A stretch of 64,000 bases of DNA from Euryarchaeota archaeon UBA605 (GCA_002504905.1 DATY01000013.1:6422-70421); one strand, 5' to 3'; numbered from the stretch's first letter, positions 28,961 through 39,032 are shown. Made by a program: numbers and translations. The notes: generated from the letters alone by a model not told the origin.

Positions 28961-29674
28961 TTATTTATCTATGTTTAAGGCATTAAGTAAATCATCACCA
29001 GTAATCATTGGAATATTATGTTTTGATGCATATGCTCTTGCATCTTCAACCGAAAGAGCCCCATCTCCATCTGGTTGTAGCATTTCAGCACCTATCGTCG
29101 CAGGAACTTGTCCTGCCAGTCTAGCGATAGCCACTGCTAATTCTGTATGACCTTGTCTAGATGACAACCCGCCAGGTGATTCTCTGCATACAGGTATGTG
29201 GCCTGGTGTCCGAAATTCGTTCCCTAGTGCCTTATATGCATCTTCTCCGTCAATTGATTTTTCCATCAATTCGCCAGATAATTCTCCAAATCTTTTGGTA
29301 GTCAGTGATCTGTCTCTATCGGTAATTCCTGTATATGTATCTCTGTGATTTATTGAAAGAGTAAATGCGGATCTTGTATCATATTGTAAGTCATTAGTTA
29401 CTAAATGTGATAATACAGGATTATCATTTACTAATTCTTGATGTGTGTGTAGGTCTTGTAGCCATGGCAAATCAAACATTTGACCTATTTCGTCACCAAT
29501 TGCCAAAAATAGCAATCCACCACAATCTATTCTCAGGCGCCTCATCACCGCTGGTGATGCAGCTGTGGCAGGCCAGAGTAAGTCTGTCTCTTTTTCTCGA
29601 AAATCTGAATCAAAAACCATTACAGGTTTACCTTGTGAAAATGCTCTAATTGCGTCCTCTACGCTGTCAGCCAT
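28961..29674 (-). CDS. ribB: 3,4-dihydroxy-2-butanone 4-phosphate synthase
   Basis: REKETDLLWPA, TLSINHRDTYTGITD and RQGHTELAVAIARLAG are present. Confidence 0.88.
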   Translation of the reverse strand: MADSVEDAIRAFSQGKPVMVFDSDFREKETDLLWPATAASPAVMRRLRIDCGGLLFLAIGDEIGQMFDLPWLQDLHTHQELVNDNPVLSHLVTNDLQYDTRSAFTLSINHRDTYTGITDRDRSLTTKRFGELSGELMEKSIDGEDAYKALGNEFRTPGHIPVCRESPGGLSSRQGHTELAVAIARLAGQVPATIGAEMLQPDGDGALSVEDARAYASKHNIPMITGDDLLNALNIDK

Positions 29675-29765
29675 GCGCCTCGGAGGGGGTTCTGATAGGG
29701 GTTGTTTTCGGTTAAATGATTTATTTTAGCGGAGGGTTCTCATGTAGATATCCCTCGGAGACACT

Positions 29766-30626
29766 ATGGGTGACCAATTCGATGTAATGGTTCCTGTCCG
29801 TGTAGATTTATCTGGAGGATGGACTGATGTCAATCCTTATTGTACAGATTTCGGGGGAGAAGTGGTCAATTTTACAATTAATAAATTTGTTAAAGCCAAT
29901 ATTAATTTATCTGGAGAAGTCAGTTATAATTTTGATATTCCAATAGGTTCTGGATTAGGAACAAGTGGTTCTGTAAATGTTGCTCGAATTGCTCTATTGA
30001 GAAAGAGTGAAAATCTTTCATTAAGTGAAATTGCAGAAGCAGCATATCAAGCTGAAATTAAGTCTGGAAATAAATGTGGAAGACAAGACCAATGGGCTGC
30101 AACATTTGGTGGTTTTAATCGATTTATGTTCCATGGAGAAAATGTTGAAATAATGCCATTTGAACCAGCCCGTTCCGCTGTAAAATGGGTAAAAAAGCAT
30201 CTTATAATTGCCCATACAGGAATCTCTCATAAGTCCGGAGAAATACAAGATCAAGTTTGGTCAAGATATGAAGCGGGAGATAAAGAAGTGATTGAGGGAC
30301 TCCATAGAATTCGTCACATAACTCGAAAATTAGCAGATTCCCTACAAAGAGACCAAAGACAACTTTTTGTAGAGTCTCTAAATGGAGTTTCAAGTGCAAT
30401 TGATACCATTGATAAATCAATAAATGCTCCATTTTTATCAGTTATTCAACCTTTAATAGAAGATAGTAGTGTTATGGCTTGGAAAGCTTTAGGTGCTGGG
30501 TCAGGAGGCTGTGCTGCTATTTTATGCCACCCATTACATATCAAAAAAGTAAGAGGAGAAATTTCAAAATCAGGTTGGAAATTAATTGAATGGGATTATG
30601 AAAATACTGGAATCAGGATGAAATGA
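29766..30626 (+). CDS. GHMP-family kinase, fucokinase/HddA-like sugar kinase fold, substrate unknown
   Basis: VRVDLSGGWTDV, PIGSGLGTSGSV and KALGAGSGGCA are motifs I-III of GHMP kinases. At 286 aa it is short for a sugar-1-kinase. Confidence 0.65.
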   Translation: MGDQFDVMVPVRVDLSGGWTDVNPYCTDFGGEVVNFTINKFVKANINLSGEVSYNFDIPIGSGLGTSGSVNVARIALLRKSENLSLSEIAEAAYQAEIKSGNKCGRQDQWAATFGGFNRFMFHGENVEIMPFEPARSAVKWVKKHLIIAHTGISHKSGEIQDQVWSRYEAGDKEVIEGLHRIRHITRKLADSLQRDQRQLFVESLNGVSSAIDTIDKSINAPFLSVIQPLIEDSSVMAWKALGAGSGGCAAILCHPLHIKKVRGEISKSGWKLIEWDYENTGIRMK

Positions 30627-30677
30627 TAGTGAATAAATTGGGCGAAGACTCAAACGTCACTAATCATCCCCGAACTT

Positions 30678-33338
30678 ATGCAATCCACACGTCGTAGTCT
30701 AACTATTGCAGTTGTGCTACTGGTGACATTCAGTTATTTGTCTATGTTTGCAACTGCTCAATCTAGCTCTGTGGATAATCATCCTACCAATGATGATCCA
30801 TACATGTATTTCTGGGGTTCTGAGAATTTAGAAGATTGCTGGAATAATTTTGATAATCTAACACAAGGCTCCGCAGCGGAAGGTTATGGGGAGATATTAT
30901 TCCCTGAAGGTCAGGATGTCGTAGTAGATTTTTCTTGTGATCTTCAAACTGGTTTTTCGGATGATTTCATTTTAGAAGTTAACGAAACAATTTCAATTAG
31001 GATGAAATTCAATATTGAATCTGGAAATTGTGGTGGAGCAGAATGTGATCTGACACTAACACTCTTCAGAGGTGATGAAGAGATATCTCAGCATACAGAG
31101 CCCGCAAACTCTGTTAACAATGGCAATGATTTTACGACAAATTGGGATATTTTAGTAAGTGAATCATTCCAGAGTTGGTCTAAAGATACTTCGACAACAA
31201 TTACAATTTCTTATTCAGTTCCTGCCGAAGAAGGAGGTCTGTGTAATCCTCCACCCTTCAGCCCAATAGATGAGGATTGTTCTGGTAGTTTCCGAATGTA
31301 CTATTCCGATGAGGATGGTTCTCCTGGTGATGTTTATGCTGAGTTCCCAATCTATGTTTCTTTATTAGATTCAGAAGCTAACTTAGGAAAAACATCTATC
31401 GGCCCAATTTTATTTATTCTTCCATTCCTTGCAGTTTTGGCTCTTTTGGGATGGGTGGCATTTCGTGAAGATTGGATGTCAAAGCAAAAATCTTCGGAAC
31501 CATTTGATATGGGTGATTGGACATCAAAAAGTTTGAATAAAATCAATCCAACAATCTGGGGTCCTGAAGCAATCTCTGGTACCAAAAAAGCCTCAAAAGA
31601 ATGGATGCAAGGTGGAGCATTAACTGAGAATAAAACACGTAGAGTAGTAACACTTTGTCTAATGTATTTCGCTCAAGGCCTCCCTTGGGGCTTTGCCAGT
31701 GTTACATTTGCTGCTTATCTAATCGACAATGGAACTCCTGTGGAAGATATAGCAATATTATTTGCTACAGTAGCTTTACCTTGGACATTTAAGTGGATTT
31801 GGGGTCCAGTAGTAGATGCTATATTTATTGAGAAATATGGGCCTCGTAGGCAGTGGGTACTTTTCGCTCAAGCCGGAATGGCATTGACATTAGGAAGCTT
31901 AATCCTTGTCGATAATCTTAATGAGCAAGTAGATTTAGTTACTAGAGTATTATTTGTCCACAATATATTTGCATCACTACAAGATGTTGCTACAGACGCA
32001 CTTGCTGTAGAAATTCTTCAACCAGATGAGGTAGCTAAAGTGAATGGCTTCATGTTTGCTGCTAAGAGACTGGGAATAATTATCGGAGGCGCCGGATTAG
32101 GTGTTCTAATCGGTGTAATAGGTATTTCAGGAGTCATTATTGCGCAACTATCTCTACTACTATTAATAATGTGGATACCTCTTACTTTGATAGAAAAGCC
32201 AGGAATTAAGTTATTCCCATGGTCAAAGGTAGATGCAATAATTTTAGATACAGAAGATAATGAAGAAGTCATAGATGAAGATGAAACAGCAACTCCTTGG
32301 ATTGATGAGAAAGAGTTCATGGCTGCTAAGAATGTAGGTTACAGCGTTTCTGAAGCGAGTATTTCAATAACAGCGTTCTTTACAATTGTAGGGCTCTCAA
32401 TATGGTTTACTGGATTTGCTATTGATGTATTTACTATCGATTGGTCGTTTGGTGCTGATGTGAGGAAGATTACTAATCCAGTTAGTTACTTCTGTTTTTC
32501 CATTGTTCTATTACTATTCCCAATTAATTTCATTATGAAATACTTGGGTAATGAAGGCCCTACTTTACCAGAGGTCCCTAATCCATTTTCATTATTGCCT
32601 GTAGGGACTAAGAATACCGTTGCTAGAACTTCTTTTTACCTTGTGAAAGCATTTTCCGTCAGATCTGCTTTCATATTAATTGGACTTTGTCTATTGGCTG
32701 ACTTGTATTACTTTGTAGTACCGATTACATTTGATATTTTTATTAATGGTGCTGGTTGGTCACAACAAAAATATAACGGAATAGTTGGTGGAATAGTTGT
32801 ATTTGGAGCAATGTTTGGTCAGATAATTGGTGGGTTCTTAGGTGATCGCTATGGAACTAGAAGAGTTGCAATGGTCTTCTTTATGGCACTTGCTTTTGCA
32901 AACGCTAGTCTAGCATTTTTGGAACCTTTGTGGACCAACACTACGATAATGACGACTTTCCTCATTCTCCAGGCGTTTATTGCTGGAATTGCCTGGATTT
33001 GTGTTATCTCATTGACCATGAGACTCACATGGAGTAAAGTCGGTGGTACTCAATTCACTGCATACATGTCATTATTTAATTTATCAGGAGTTTTTGCTTA
33101 TACTATGACTGGAAGAATGATAGCGATATTCGATTATTCCACAGCGATTTACTTAGGTGCTGTGTTAACTATGGCTACAGTAATAATGTTAATTTTCATA
33201 GATGAAGATGAGACCGATAGAGTTCTTGAAGGTCGAATTAAAGATGGTGAAGTATGGGAAGAAGAAGATCCAGATACTGATCTTGGTGAGAGGCCAGAAT
33301 GGTGGAAGGAAGAAGATCTTCAACCTTCTACATCTTAG
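30678..33338 (+). CDS. MFS transporter of the AmpG/PAT (acetyl-CoA/muropeptide permease-like) family with an N-terminal extracytoplasmic domain of ~230 aa
   Basis: It has a signal or anchor (STRRSLTIAVVLLV) and a Cys-containing soluble domain. The MFS core follows, with LMYFAQGLPWGFA and PWTFKWIWGPVVD, which resemble the AmpG/PAT K(F/L)LWxPxxD motif. There are at least 12 hydrophobic segments, an acidic central loop and an acidic tail. Confidence 0.65.
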   Translation: MQSTRRSLTIAVVLLVTFSYLSMFATAQSSSVDNHPTNDDPYMYFWGSENLEDCWNNFDNLTQGSAAEGYGEILFPEGQDVVVDFSCDLQTGFSDDFILEVNETISIRMKFNIESGNCGGAECDLTLTLFRGDEEISQHTEPANSVNNGNDFTTNWDILVSESFQSWSKDTSTTITISYSVPAEEGGLCNPPPFSPIDEDCSGSFRMYYSDEDGSPGDVYAEFPIYVSLLDSEANLGKTSIGPILFILPFLAVLALLGWVAFREDWMSKQKSSEPFDMGDWTSKSLNKINPTIWGPEAISGTKKASKEWMQGGALTENKTRRVVTLCLMYFAQGLPWGFASVTFAAYLIDNGTPVEDIAILFATVALPWTFKWIWGPVVDAIFIEKYGPRRQWVLFAQAGMALTLGSLILVDNLNEQVDLVTRVLFVHNIFASLQDVATDALAVEILQPDEVAKVNGFMFAAKRLGIIIGGAGLGVLIGVIGISGVIIAQLSLLLLIMWIPLTLIEKPGIKLFPWSKVDAIILDTEDNEEVIDEDETATPWIDEKEFMAAKNVGYSVSEASISITAFFTIVGLSIWFTGFAIDVFTIDWSFGADVRKITNPVSYFCFSIVLLLFPINFIMKYLGNEGPTLPEVPNPFSLLPVGTKNTVARTSFYLVKAFSVRSAFILIGLCLLADLYYFVVPITFDIFINGAGWSQQKYNGIVGGIVVFGAMFGQIIGGFLGDRYGTRRVAMVFFMALAFANASLAFLEPLWTNTTIMTTFLILQAFIAGIAWICVISLTMRLTWSKVGGTQFTAYMSLFNLSGVFAYTMTGRMIAIFDYSTAIYLGAVLTMATVIMLIFIDEDETDRVLEGRIKDGEVWEEEDPDTDLGERPEWWKEEDLQPSTS

Positions 33339-33412
33339 ATCAAATTGTATCTAATCATTTCCTCAGGTTAATTAGTAAGACTCTATCAGATTAATTTACT
33401 GGTAGTGTAGAT

Positions 33413-33691
33413 ATGGAAAGATTCACTGAAATTTTAGAAGAATGTAATACTGATTTTCTACTTTTCACACAAACAATTTGTATTTACTGTAATCGTGCAA
33501 AGAATGTTTTAAGTTCTAAGAATTTGACTTTTTCAGAAATTAATTTTGACCATGAAGGTAATTTACGTTCAGACGTGGTTGAGATTACAGGGCATCGCAC
33601 AGTTCCGATTTGCTTCGATATGAGGTATGAAAAACCAATTTTTATTGGAGGTTCCGATCATTTAATTGATTATTTTCAGAAAGGAAATTAG
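33413..33691 (+). CDS. Glutaredoxin/NrdH-like small redoxin
   Basis: It is 92 aa. The CIYC active site, TVPICF and IGGSDHL match the glutaredoxin fold pattern. Confidence 0.75.
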   Translation: MERFTEILEECNTDFLLFTQTICIYCNRAKNVLSSKNLTFSEINFDHEGNLRSDVVEITGHRTVPICFDMRYEKPIFIGGSDHLIDYFQKGN

Positions 33692-34296
33692 GAATCTGCC
33701 ATATTTTGAATAGCAGATTTCAATTCATCTAACTGATTTAGATTTACCATATGTCCCTTTTCATGCATTAGTCTAGTAACTTCCCAGTCTGCTTGCTCAA
33801 AGATTTCAATATGCTCGATTCCCTGATTTATTGGTACTAAATGATCTTTAGAGCCGTGCATCCAAACAACTTTTCTAGGTTTCAAGAACGGTAATATTTC
33901 TCTCAGAGCATCCGGCCTAACAGTTTTCGTTCCAAGCAAAACTAGACCTTTTATTCTCTTTTGAATATCATATTCCATCATTGCAGATGCTATTGCAGCG
34001 CCTTGAGAAAATCCTCCAACTATTATAGGGCCATCCGGAATTTCTGAAATCACGTTTATTACAGATTTTCTTACTTCTTCCAAAGCCTCTTGTTGTAGTG
34101 GCTCCGTTGGATCTTCCGATCTTAACCACCATGCGAATCCTCCTCTTGTAGGGTGAGGAATTTTTCCTTCCGGACAAAATATGTCCCATCCTTTAGGAAC
34201 TAATTGCTTCGCTAAAGGCTCCATTTTAGCTGAGGTGCCAGTCATTCCATGCATCATTACAAAGGTACCAGACATGATAATCATTAGAGATTCCAA
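33688..34296 (-). CDS. Alpha/beta hydrolase, phospholipase/carboxylesterase family
   Basis: It has the nucleophile elbow GFSQGA. The later HGSKDHLV and EKGHMV are candidates for the Asp and His of the triad. Confidence 0.75.
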   Translation of the reverse strand: MESLMIIMSGTFVMMHGMTGTSAKMEPLAKQLVPKGWDIFCPEGKIPHPTRGGFAWWLRSEDPTEPLQQEALEEVRKSVINVISEIPDGPIIVGGFSQGAAIASAMMEYDIQKRIKGLVLLGTKTVRPDALREILPFLKPRKVVWMHGSKDHLVPINQGIEHIEIFEQADWEVTRLMHEKGHMVNLNQLDELKSAIQNMADS

Positions 34297-35246
34297 GTAT
34301 AAGTAATTCCGCCAGCTAATAATATCCTCAAGTGTGTATCTCCAGTAAATGTAGCTGTAAGGGTATATTCTTGACTTGGATAGGGAATAGTCCCCAATGT
34401 CCCTGTTTCTTCAGCACCTGGTCCCCAGAATCTTTCAAGAGCAGAAACTGATGTATGATCTCTCAATGTTAATGTAATTGTAGAACCTCCTCCACATGAA
34501 GCATCTAAGAAATATATCATTTCATTCCATTCTCCATCTTTTGGATGGTCGGATACGAGGAAAGTATCAACAAATTCTGCATCAGGGCCGCTATTATACC
34601 AATTATTACTGTACAAGTCACCACCTCTAACGAAGTACACATCTCCTGTGTGGCCTACTCCATTATCGGCATTCTTCATTTTCAACTGTATTACTCCTTC
34701 CGAGTCTGTCCAAATAAATGATGAGAAAAATGCTATATTCCCATCAAATATGTAATCGATAGATGATCCATCACTAGCAGTTGCTCTGATTGATGCTATT
34801 GATGAGTCTACTGAGGATACTACTGCATTCCAGTCATTTCCAAATAAACTGAAACTCCATGCTTTATTCTTTTTCAGTGGAAAATCTAGAACATCTTTTG
34901 CCTCTCCATTTTCAAAAGGGCTTAATTGTTCATGTGTGATTCGACCAAGAAATGGATTATGATTCAGAACTGCGTGTCTTCTTGCTTCACCTATACTAGA
35001 AATAGCAAGCATGTAAGCAGTTCCATCTTCTTCGATGTCTGTTGTTGCGACTACTAACTTTGTTGTATCATCACTGTAGTCAGGCGTTGAGAATGTGTAA
35101 AGCCAGTAATCTCCTAATTCCCAGTTAGGAACAGAGATTTCTTCAGAACCAGAGTTTCCAGTAATTCCATCTGTAACTGCAGTACATCCAGTCATTGATG
35201 TTAGCAAAATTACCAACATAAAACCAATAGATGCTCCTCTAGCCAT
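34284..35246 (-). CDS. Secreted or lipoprotein of unknown function
   Basis: The signal ends LTSMTGC (lipobox-like), followed by a beta-rich sequence of 300 aa. It overlaps the downstream esterase gene by 13 nt. Confidence 0.55.
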   Translation of the reverse strand: MARGASIGFMLVILLTSMTGCTAVTDGITGNSGSEEISVPNWELGDYWLYTFSTPDYSDDTTKLVVATTDIEEDGTAYMLAISSIGEARRHAVLNHNPFLGRITHEQLSPFENGEAKDVLDFPLKKNKAWSFSLFGNDWNAVVSSVDSSIASIRATASDGSSIDYIFDGNIAFFSSFIWTDSEGVIQLKMKNADNGVGHTGDVYFVRGGDLYSNNWYNSGPDAEFVDTFLVSDHPKDGEWNEMIYFLDASCGGGSTITLTLRDHTSVSALERFWGPGAEETGTLGTIPYPSQEYTLTATFTGDTHLRILLAGGITYTWNL

Positions 35247-35292
35247 ACAATGTCCTCTGGGTAGTTAGTCAAGAGACTAACGGTTAACAGTT

Positions 35293-37368
35293 TCAAAGAA
35301 GACCATTTTCAGTTAATTTACCTGTCCCAGCCAGTACAACTGCAACAATTGACATTAATTTAATCAGAATATTCAGTGAAGGTCCGGATGTATCTTTGAA
35401 TGGATCTCCAATTGTATCTCCAATCACAGCTGCGTCATGAGCAGCATCTCCCTTTTCTGCTCCATTAATATGTCCTTGTTCAATAGCCTTCTTCGCATTA
35501 TCCCAAGCTCCACCAGCATTTGCCATAAATAGAGCCATTAAAACTCCTGTAACTAACGAACCAGCTAATAGGCCACCTAAAGCATCCCATCCTAGAATAA
35601 ATCCTACAATTACAGGTGCTGAGACTGCAACCACACCTGGTCCAACCATTTCTCTTAGTGCTGCCTGTGTAGAAATATCAACGCATTTCTTAGAGTCAGG
35701 CTTTACACCTTCTTTGCCTTCCAACAATCCTGGAATTTCTTTGAATTGTCTTCTAATCTCTATTACCATATCACCTGCAGCCTTACCGACTGAAGTCATT
35801 GTCATTGCTGCAACAACGAATGGTAATCCTCCTCCAATCAAGAGTCCAATTACAACCATTGGATTTGTTAAATCCAAGTCCAAAGTTCCATCAATTGCAG
35901 CCGTGTAAGCAGCAAATAATGCCAATGCAGTTAGTGCAGCAGATCCTATTGCGAATCCTTTACCTACTGCTGCAGTAGTATTTCCAATTGAATCTAATTC
36001 ATCGGTAATTGCTCGCACTTCCTTTCCTAGAGAACTCATTTCAGCGATTCCACCTGCGTTATCTGCAACAGGCCCATAAGCGTCAACAGTCATTGTTACT
36101 CCAACTGTAGCTAACATTCCCATAGCTGCCATTGCAATGCCATAAAGTCCCATTTCTCCACCATCATTAAATTCATTTGCTCCGAGAATACCCAAAGAAA
36201 TTAGAATTATTGGCAAGAAAGTCGACATCATTCCAACAGACAGTCCTGCGATTGCGTTAGTAGCTGGACCGGTCTTAGACATTTCACCAATGTGAGGAAT
36301 CGCTCTAGTCTTGATTCCAAACACAGGCTCAATACCTGTGTAGTATTCAGTTACTAAACCAATCATTATTCCAACAATACTTCCGAGAACAACTGAATGC
36401 ATTACTCCGATTTCAACATCAATTAACCCTTGTTCAATTGATAGATAACCTCCTGCCCAAAACAATATTGCTGCTATAAATGTGGTATTTCTAAGAGCAG
36501 CGGCTGCATCTGAACCGTTCTTTAAGAAAGTCATCGAGAATACACCAATAATTGATGCGACATATCCAATTAATCCAAGCATAATAGGCATCATGACATA
36601 ATCAACACCCATGTCTTCAGAGTTACTTGCAATAATCATTGCAGCAATAATAGATCCAACAAATGATTCAAAAATATCTGCACCCATTCCTGCAACATCT
36701 CCCACATTGTCGCCAACATTGTCTGCAATAACTCCAGGATTTCGAGGATCATCTTCAGGTATTCCTGCTTCTACTTTGCCAACTAAATCAGCACCAACAT
36801 CGGCAGCTTTGGTATATATCCCTCCACCAACACGTGCGAATAGAGCAATTGACGAAGCCCCCATTCCAAATCCTGCGGCAGCCGAAAGATTACTTCCTGA
36901 ATCTTCTGCACCTAACCAATATGCAATTAGTGAGATTCCCAGTAGTCCTAGACCTCCCACCGAGAGTCCCATCACTGCTCCGCCGTTGTAAGATACTGCA
37001 AGAGCTCCTGCTTGCCCCTCATTTTTGGCAGCCATAGCAGTTCTTCCATTCGCCGATGTAGCGGCTCTCATTCCCGAGAACCCAGCACCTACTGAAGCAG
37101 CAGCACCTGCTAAGAACGCTACAGCAGTCTCAATATCATTTAGCCATGCAAGTAATACGCCTACCACAATAACAAATATACTCAATACTCTATATTCTGC
37201 TTTCAAGAAGGCCATAGCTCCATCTTGTATCTCTTGTGTTATATCGGCCACAACTTCATTATCAATCTCTACACTGTTCACTCTATTGTATAGTACAAAT
37301 GCAATTAGAAGCCCTAAAACTCCTGCTGCTGCTGCAATTAATGGTATATTTTCTAACATGGTATTCAC
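35293..37368 (-). CDS. hppA: Membrane-bound H+(/Na+)-translocating pyrophosphatase
   Basis: [39 protein letters not shown] and GGAWDNAKK are present. It is 691 aa and polytopic. Confidence 0.95.
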   Translation of the reverse strand: MNTMLENIPLIAAAAGVLGLLIAFVLYNRVNSVEIDNEVVADITQEIQDGAMAFLKAEYRVLSIFVIVVGVLLAWLNDIETAVAFLAGAAASVGAGFSGMRAATSANGRTAMAAKNEGQAGALAVSYNGGAVMGLSVGGLGLLGISLIAYWLGAEDSGSNLSAAAGFGMGASSIALFARVGGGIYTKAADVGADLVGKVEAGIPEDDPRNPGVIADNVGDNVGDVAGMGADIFESFVGSIIAAMIIASNSEDMGVDYVMMPIMLGLIGYVASIIGVFSMTFLKNGSDAAAALRNTTFIAAILFWAGGYLSIEQGLIDVEIGVMHSVVLGSIVGIMIGLVTEYYTGIEPVFGIKTRAIPHIGEMSKTGPATNAIAGLSVGMMSTFLPIILISLGILGANEFNDGGEMGLYGIAMAAMGMLATVGVTMTVDAYGPVADNAGGIAEMSSLGKEVRAITDELDSIGNTTAAVGKGFAIGSAALTALALFAAYTAAIDGTLDLDLTNPMVVIGLLIGGGLPFVVAAMTMTSVGKAAGDMVIEIRRQFKEIPGLLEGKEGVKPDSKKCVDISTQAALREMVGPGVVAVSAPVIVGFILGWDALGGLLAGSLVTGVLMALFMANAGGAWDNAKKAIEQGHINGAEKGDAAHDAAVIGDTIGDPFKDTSGPSLNILIKLMSIVAVVLAGTGKLTENGLL

Positions 37369-37426
37369 CTTTGTGACCCGCCGACAAAAGACTTGCTTAT
37401 AATCAGAATCCTAAAGAAAGCCCATT

Positions 37427-37442
37427 TAATCAGTACTGATTA
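37427..37442. promoter_or_regulatory. Perfect 16-bp palindrome TAATCAGTACTGATTA between the GATase stop and the hppA start
   Basis: Read directly from the sequence. It overlaps the GATase stop codon (37440-37442). A third TAATCAG half-site lies at 37400-37406, next to a TTATAA element (37398-37403), about 30-35 bp upstream of the hppA ATG. Confidence 0.45.
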
Positions 37443-38342
37443 TACTTTTTCTAAGACGATTTTAGCAAAAGAACTCAAAATACCTGCTCCATCATGTTCA
37501 CCTCTAAATGATTTATATTCCTCTTCTGAAATATGTCCCCAACCATATGCTCTTTCAATCCTCTTTCTTGCGGCTTCTGGATGAAATTGTATTCCCCATG
37601 CAGGCATTGGATTTCCTGTTTCATCATTTACTCTAACTGCGGTAACCATGTTGTGAGATGTCTTACTAAGTAGTGTACAATTCTCTGGAATTGTCATTAC
37701 ATGATCTTGGTGACTAAATAATCCTGAGATTTTCTCATTGCTTTCTACATGCGTTGTTAATAAAATATCATTTTCACCTTCTTCAGTGAGTTCAAGGTCC
37801 CATATTCCACTAGACAATGATTCTGCTCTCTCTATTTGCGATCCTAATGAATGACATAGTAATTGATGACCGAAACAAATTCCTAGAGTCGGAATTCCTG
37901 ATTTCGCTGCCGCTCTAAACATGGTCTCAGTAGGCCCCATCCATTCTTCCCAGATACTTACATTTCTCCTAGACCCTGAACAAACTACTGCATCTAATTT
38001 GATTTCATTAATCCAATTTCTCATTCCTTCTTCATCTTGATGCATTGGCATTATAATTCTTTTAAAATGAACGTTTCTTCCATTCATTGTGACATTTGTC
38101 TCGCTCCAAAACTCATATTCATAATCCCAATGCGGAACATCTGCTTCCACGAGATTAATTTCTGATTCTTGTAAAACCTTTTTACCAGAATTAAATGATT
38201 GCATTTGAGGGGTAACCAATAATACTTCAACATCTGATAATGCTGCCATTGGCTTAATTACTTCCTGATTTCCTCCATGTCCAAATTCAGCTCTTTCTAC
38301 TAATAAATCAATCATTAATACTCTCAATGAAGTACTCATCAA
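37440..38342 (-). CDS. Class I glutamine amidotransferase-like protein
   Basis: GICFGHQLL is the nucleophile Cys elbow and IQFHPE holds the His/Glu pair. The N-terminal portion is atypically long. Confidence 0.7.
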   Translation of the reverse strand: MMSTSLRVLMIDLLVERAEFGHGGNQEVIKPMAALSDVEVLLVTPQMQSFNSGKKVLQESEINLVEADVPHWDYEYEFWSETNVTMNGRNVHFKRIIMPMHQDEEGMRNWINEIKLDAVVCSGSRRNVSIWEEWMGPTETMFRAAAKSGIPTLGICFGHQLLCHSLGSQIERAESLSSGIWDLELTEEGENDILLTTHVESNEKISGLFSHQDHVMTIPENCTLLSKTSHNMVTAVRVNDETGNPMPAWGIQFHPEAARKRIERAYGWGHISEEEYKSFRGEHDGAGILSSFAKIVLEKV

Positions 38343-38409
38343 GTACCTGAAACAGCCTCAGGTTCATTAGCCCTCTTCTCTTAGGGTTACCCAGGAGGCT
38401 CGCGGATAT

Positions 38410-38682
38410 ATGGTAGATGAACAATTAATTCTTGCTTCTGTTGGTCCAGTTCAAGCAATTTTAGATGCTCACGATGGGATTGTTAATGTTGTTGATACAA
38501 CTGATGGAATAATCATGATTTCTCTAGAAGGTGGGTGTACTGGATGTAGTTCTACACCAATGACTGCAATGCAGATTTACTATTCCCTGATGAAGTTAGA
38601 AGATGTAAATGATGTCGTATTTGTCAATGGAGAATTACCCGCATATATGAGATCATTTATCGACGAAAAATTGGGGCAATAA
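38410..38682 (+). CDS. NifU/Nfu-like Fe-S cluster scaffold domain protein
   Basis: It is 90 aa. LEGGCTGCSSTPMT is the Nfu CxxC motif. Confidence 0.75.
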   Translation: MVDEQLILASVGPVQAILDAHDGIVNVVDTTDGIIMISLEGGCTGCSSTPMTAMQIYYSLMKLEDVNDVVFVNGELPAYMRSFIDEKLGQ

Positions 38683-38684
38683 TA

Positions 38685-39032
38685 TCACTTTTTGTTTTCC
38701 TTTCTTTCAGCCGCTCTCATTTTCATTATTTGGTGTGGATTTGTTTCTCCTTGGACATCTTTTCCTTTGATATTCATCATTCCAGAGATTGCTACGATGA
38801 TTGCAACTAATGCAAACGGTCTGGCAACGTTGGTAGATCCCCAGAGTTCTCCTCCTAGATAATGTAGTAAAAACAACATGATTGCTGAAATAATACATAA
38901 AGTTGCAACAATCTTTTGTGTCATAATTTCTCCTTTTTCGAAACGTGCTAATGTACCTATGGCCATCCATAAAATAGTTGCTACGCCACACATAGTGATG
39001 GCTGCAGTCTCTAGAATTGAAATTAATTCCAT
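38685..39032 (-). CDS. Small membrane protein of unknown function
   Basis: It has three hydrophobic segments. I prefer the internal ATG at 39032 (MELISILE...). The maximal ORF to 39179 would overlap the divergent polX ORF head-to-head. Confidence 0.45.
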   Translation of the reverse strand: MELISILETAAITMCGVATILWMAIGTLARFEKGEIMTQKIVATLCIISAIMLFLLHYLGGELWGSTNVARPFALVAIIVAISGMMNIKGKDVQGETNPHQIMKMRAAERKENKK

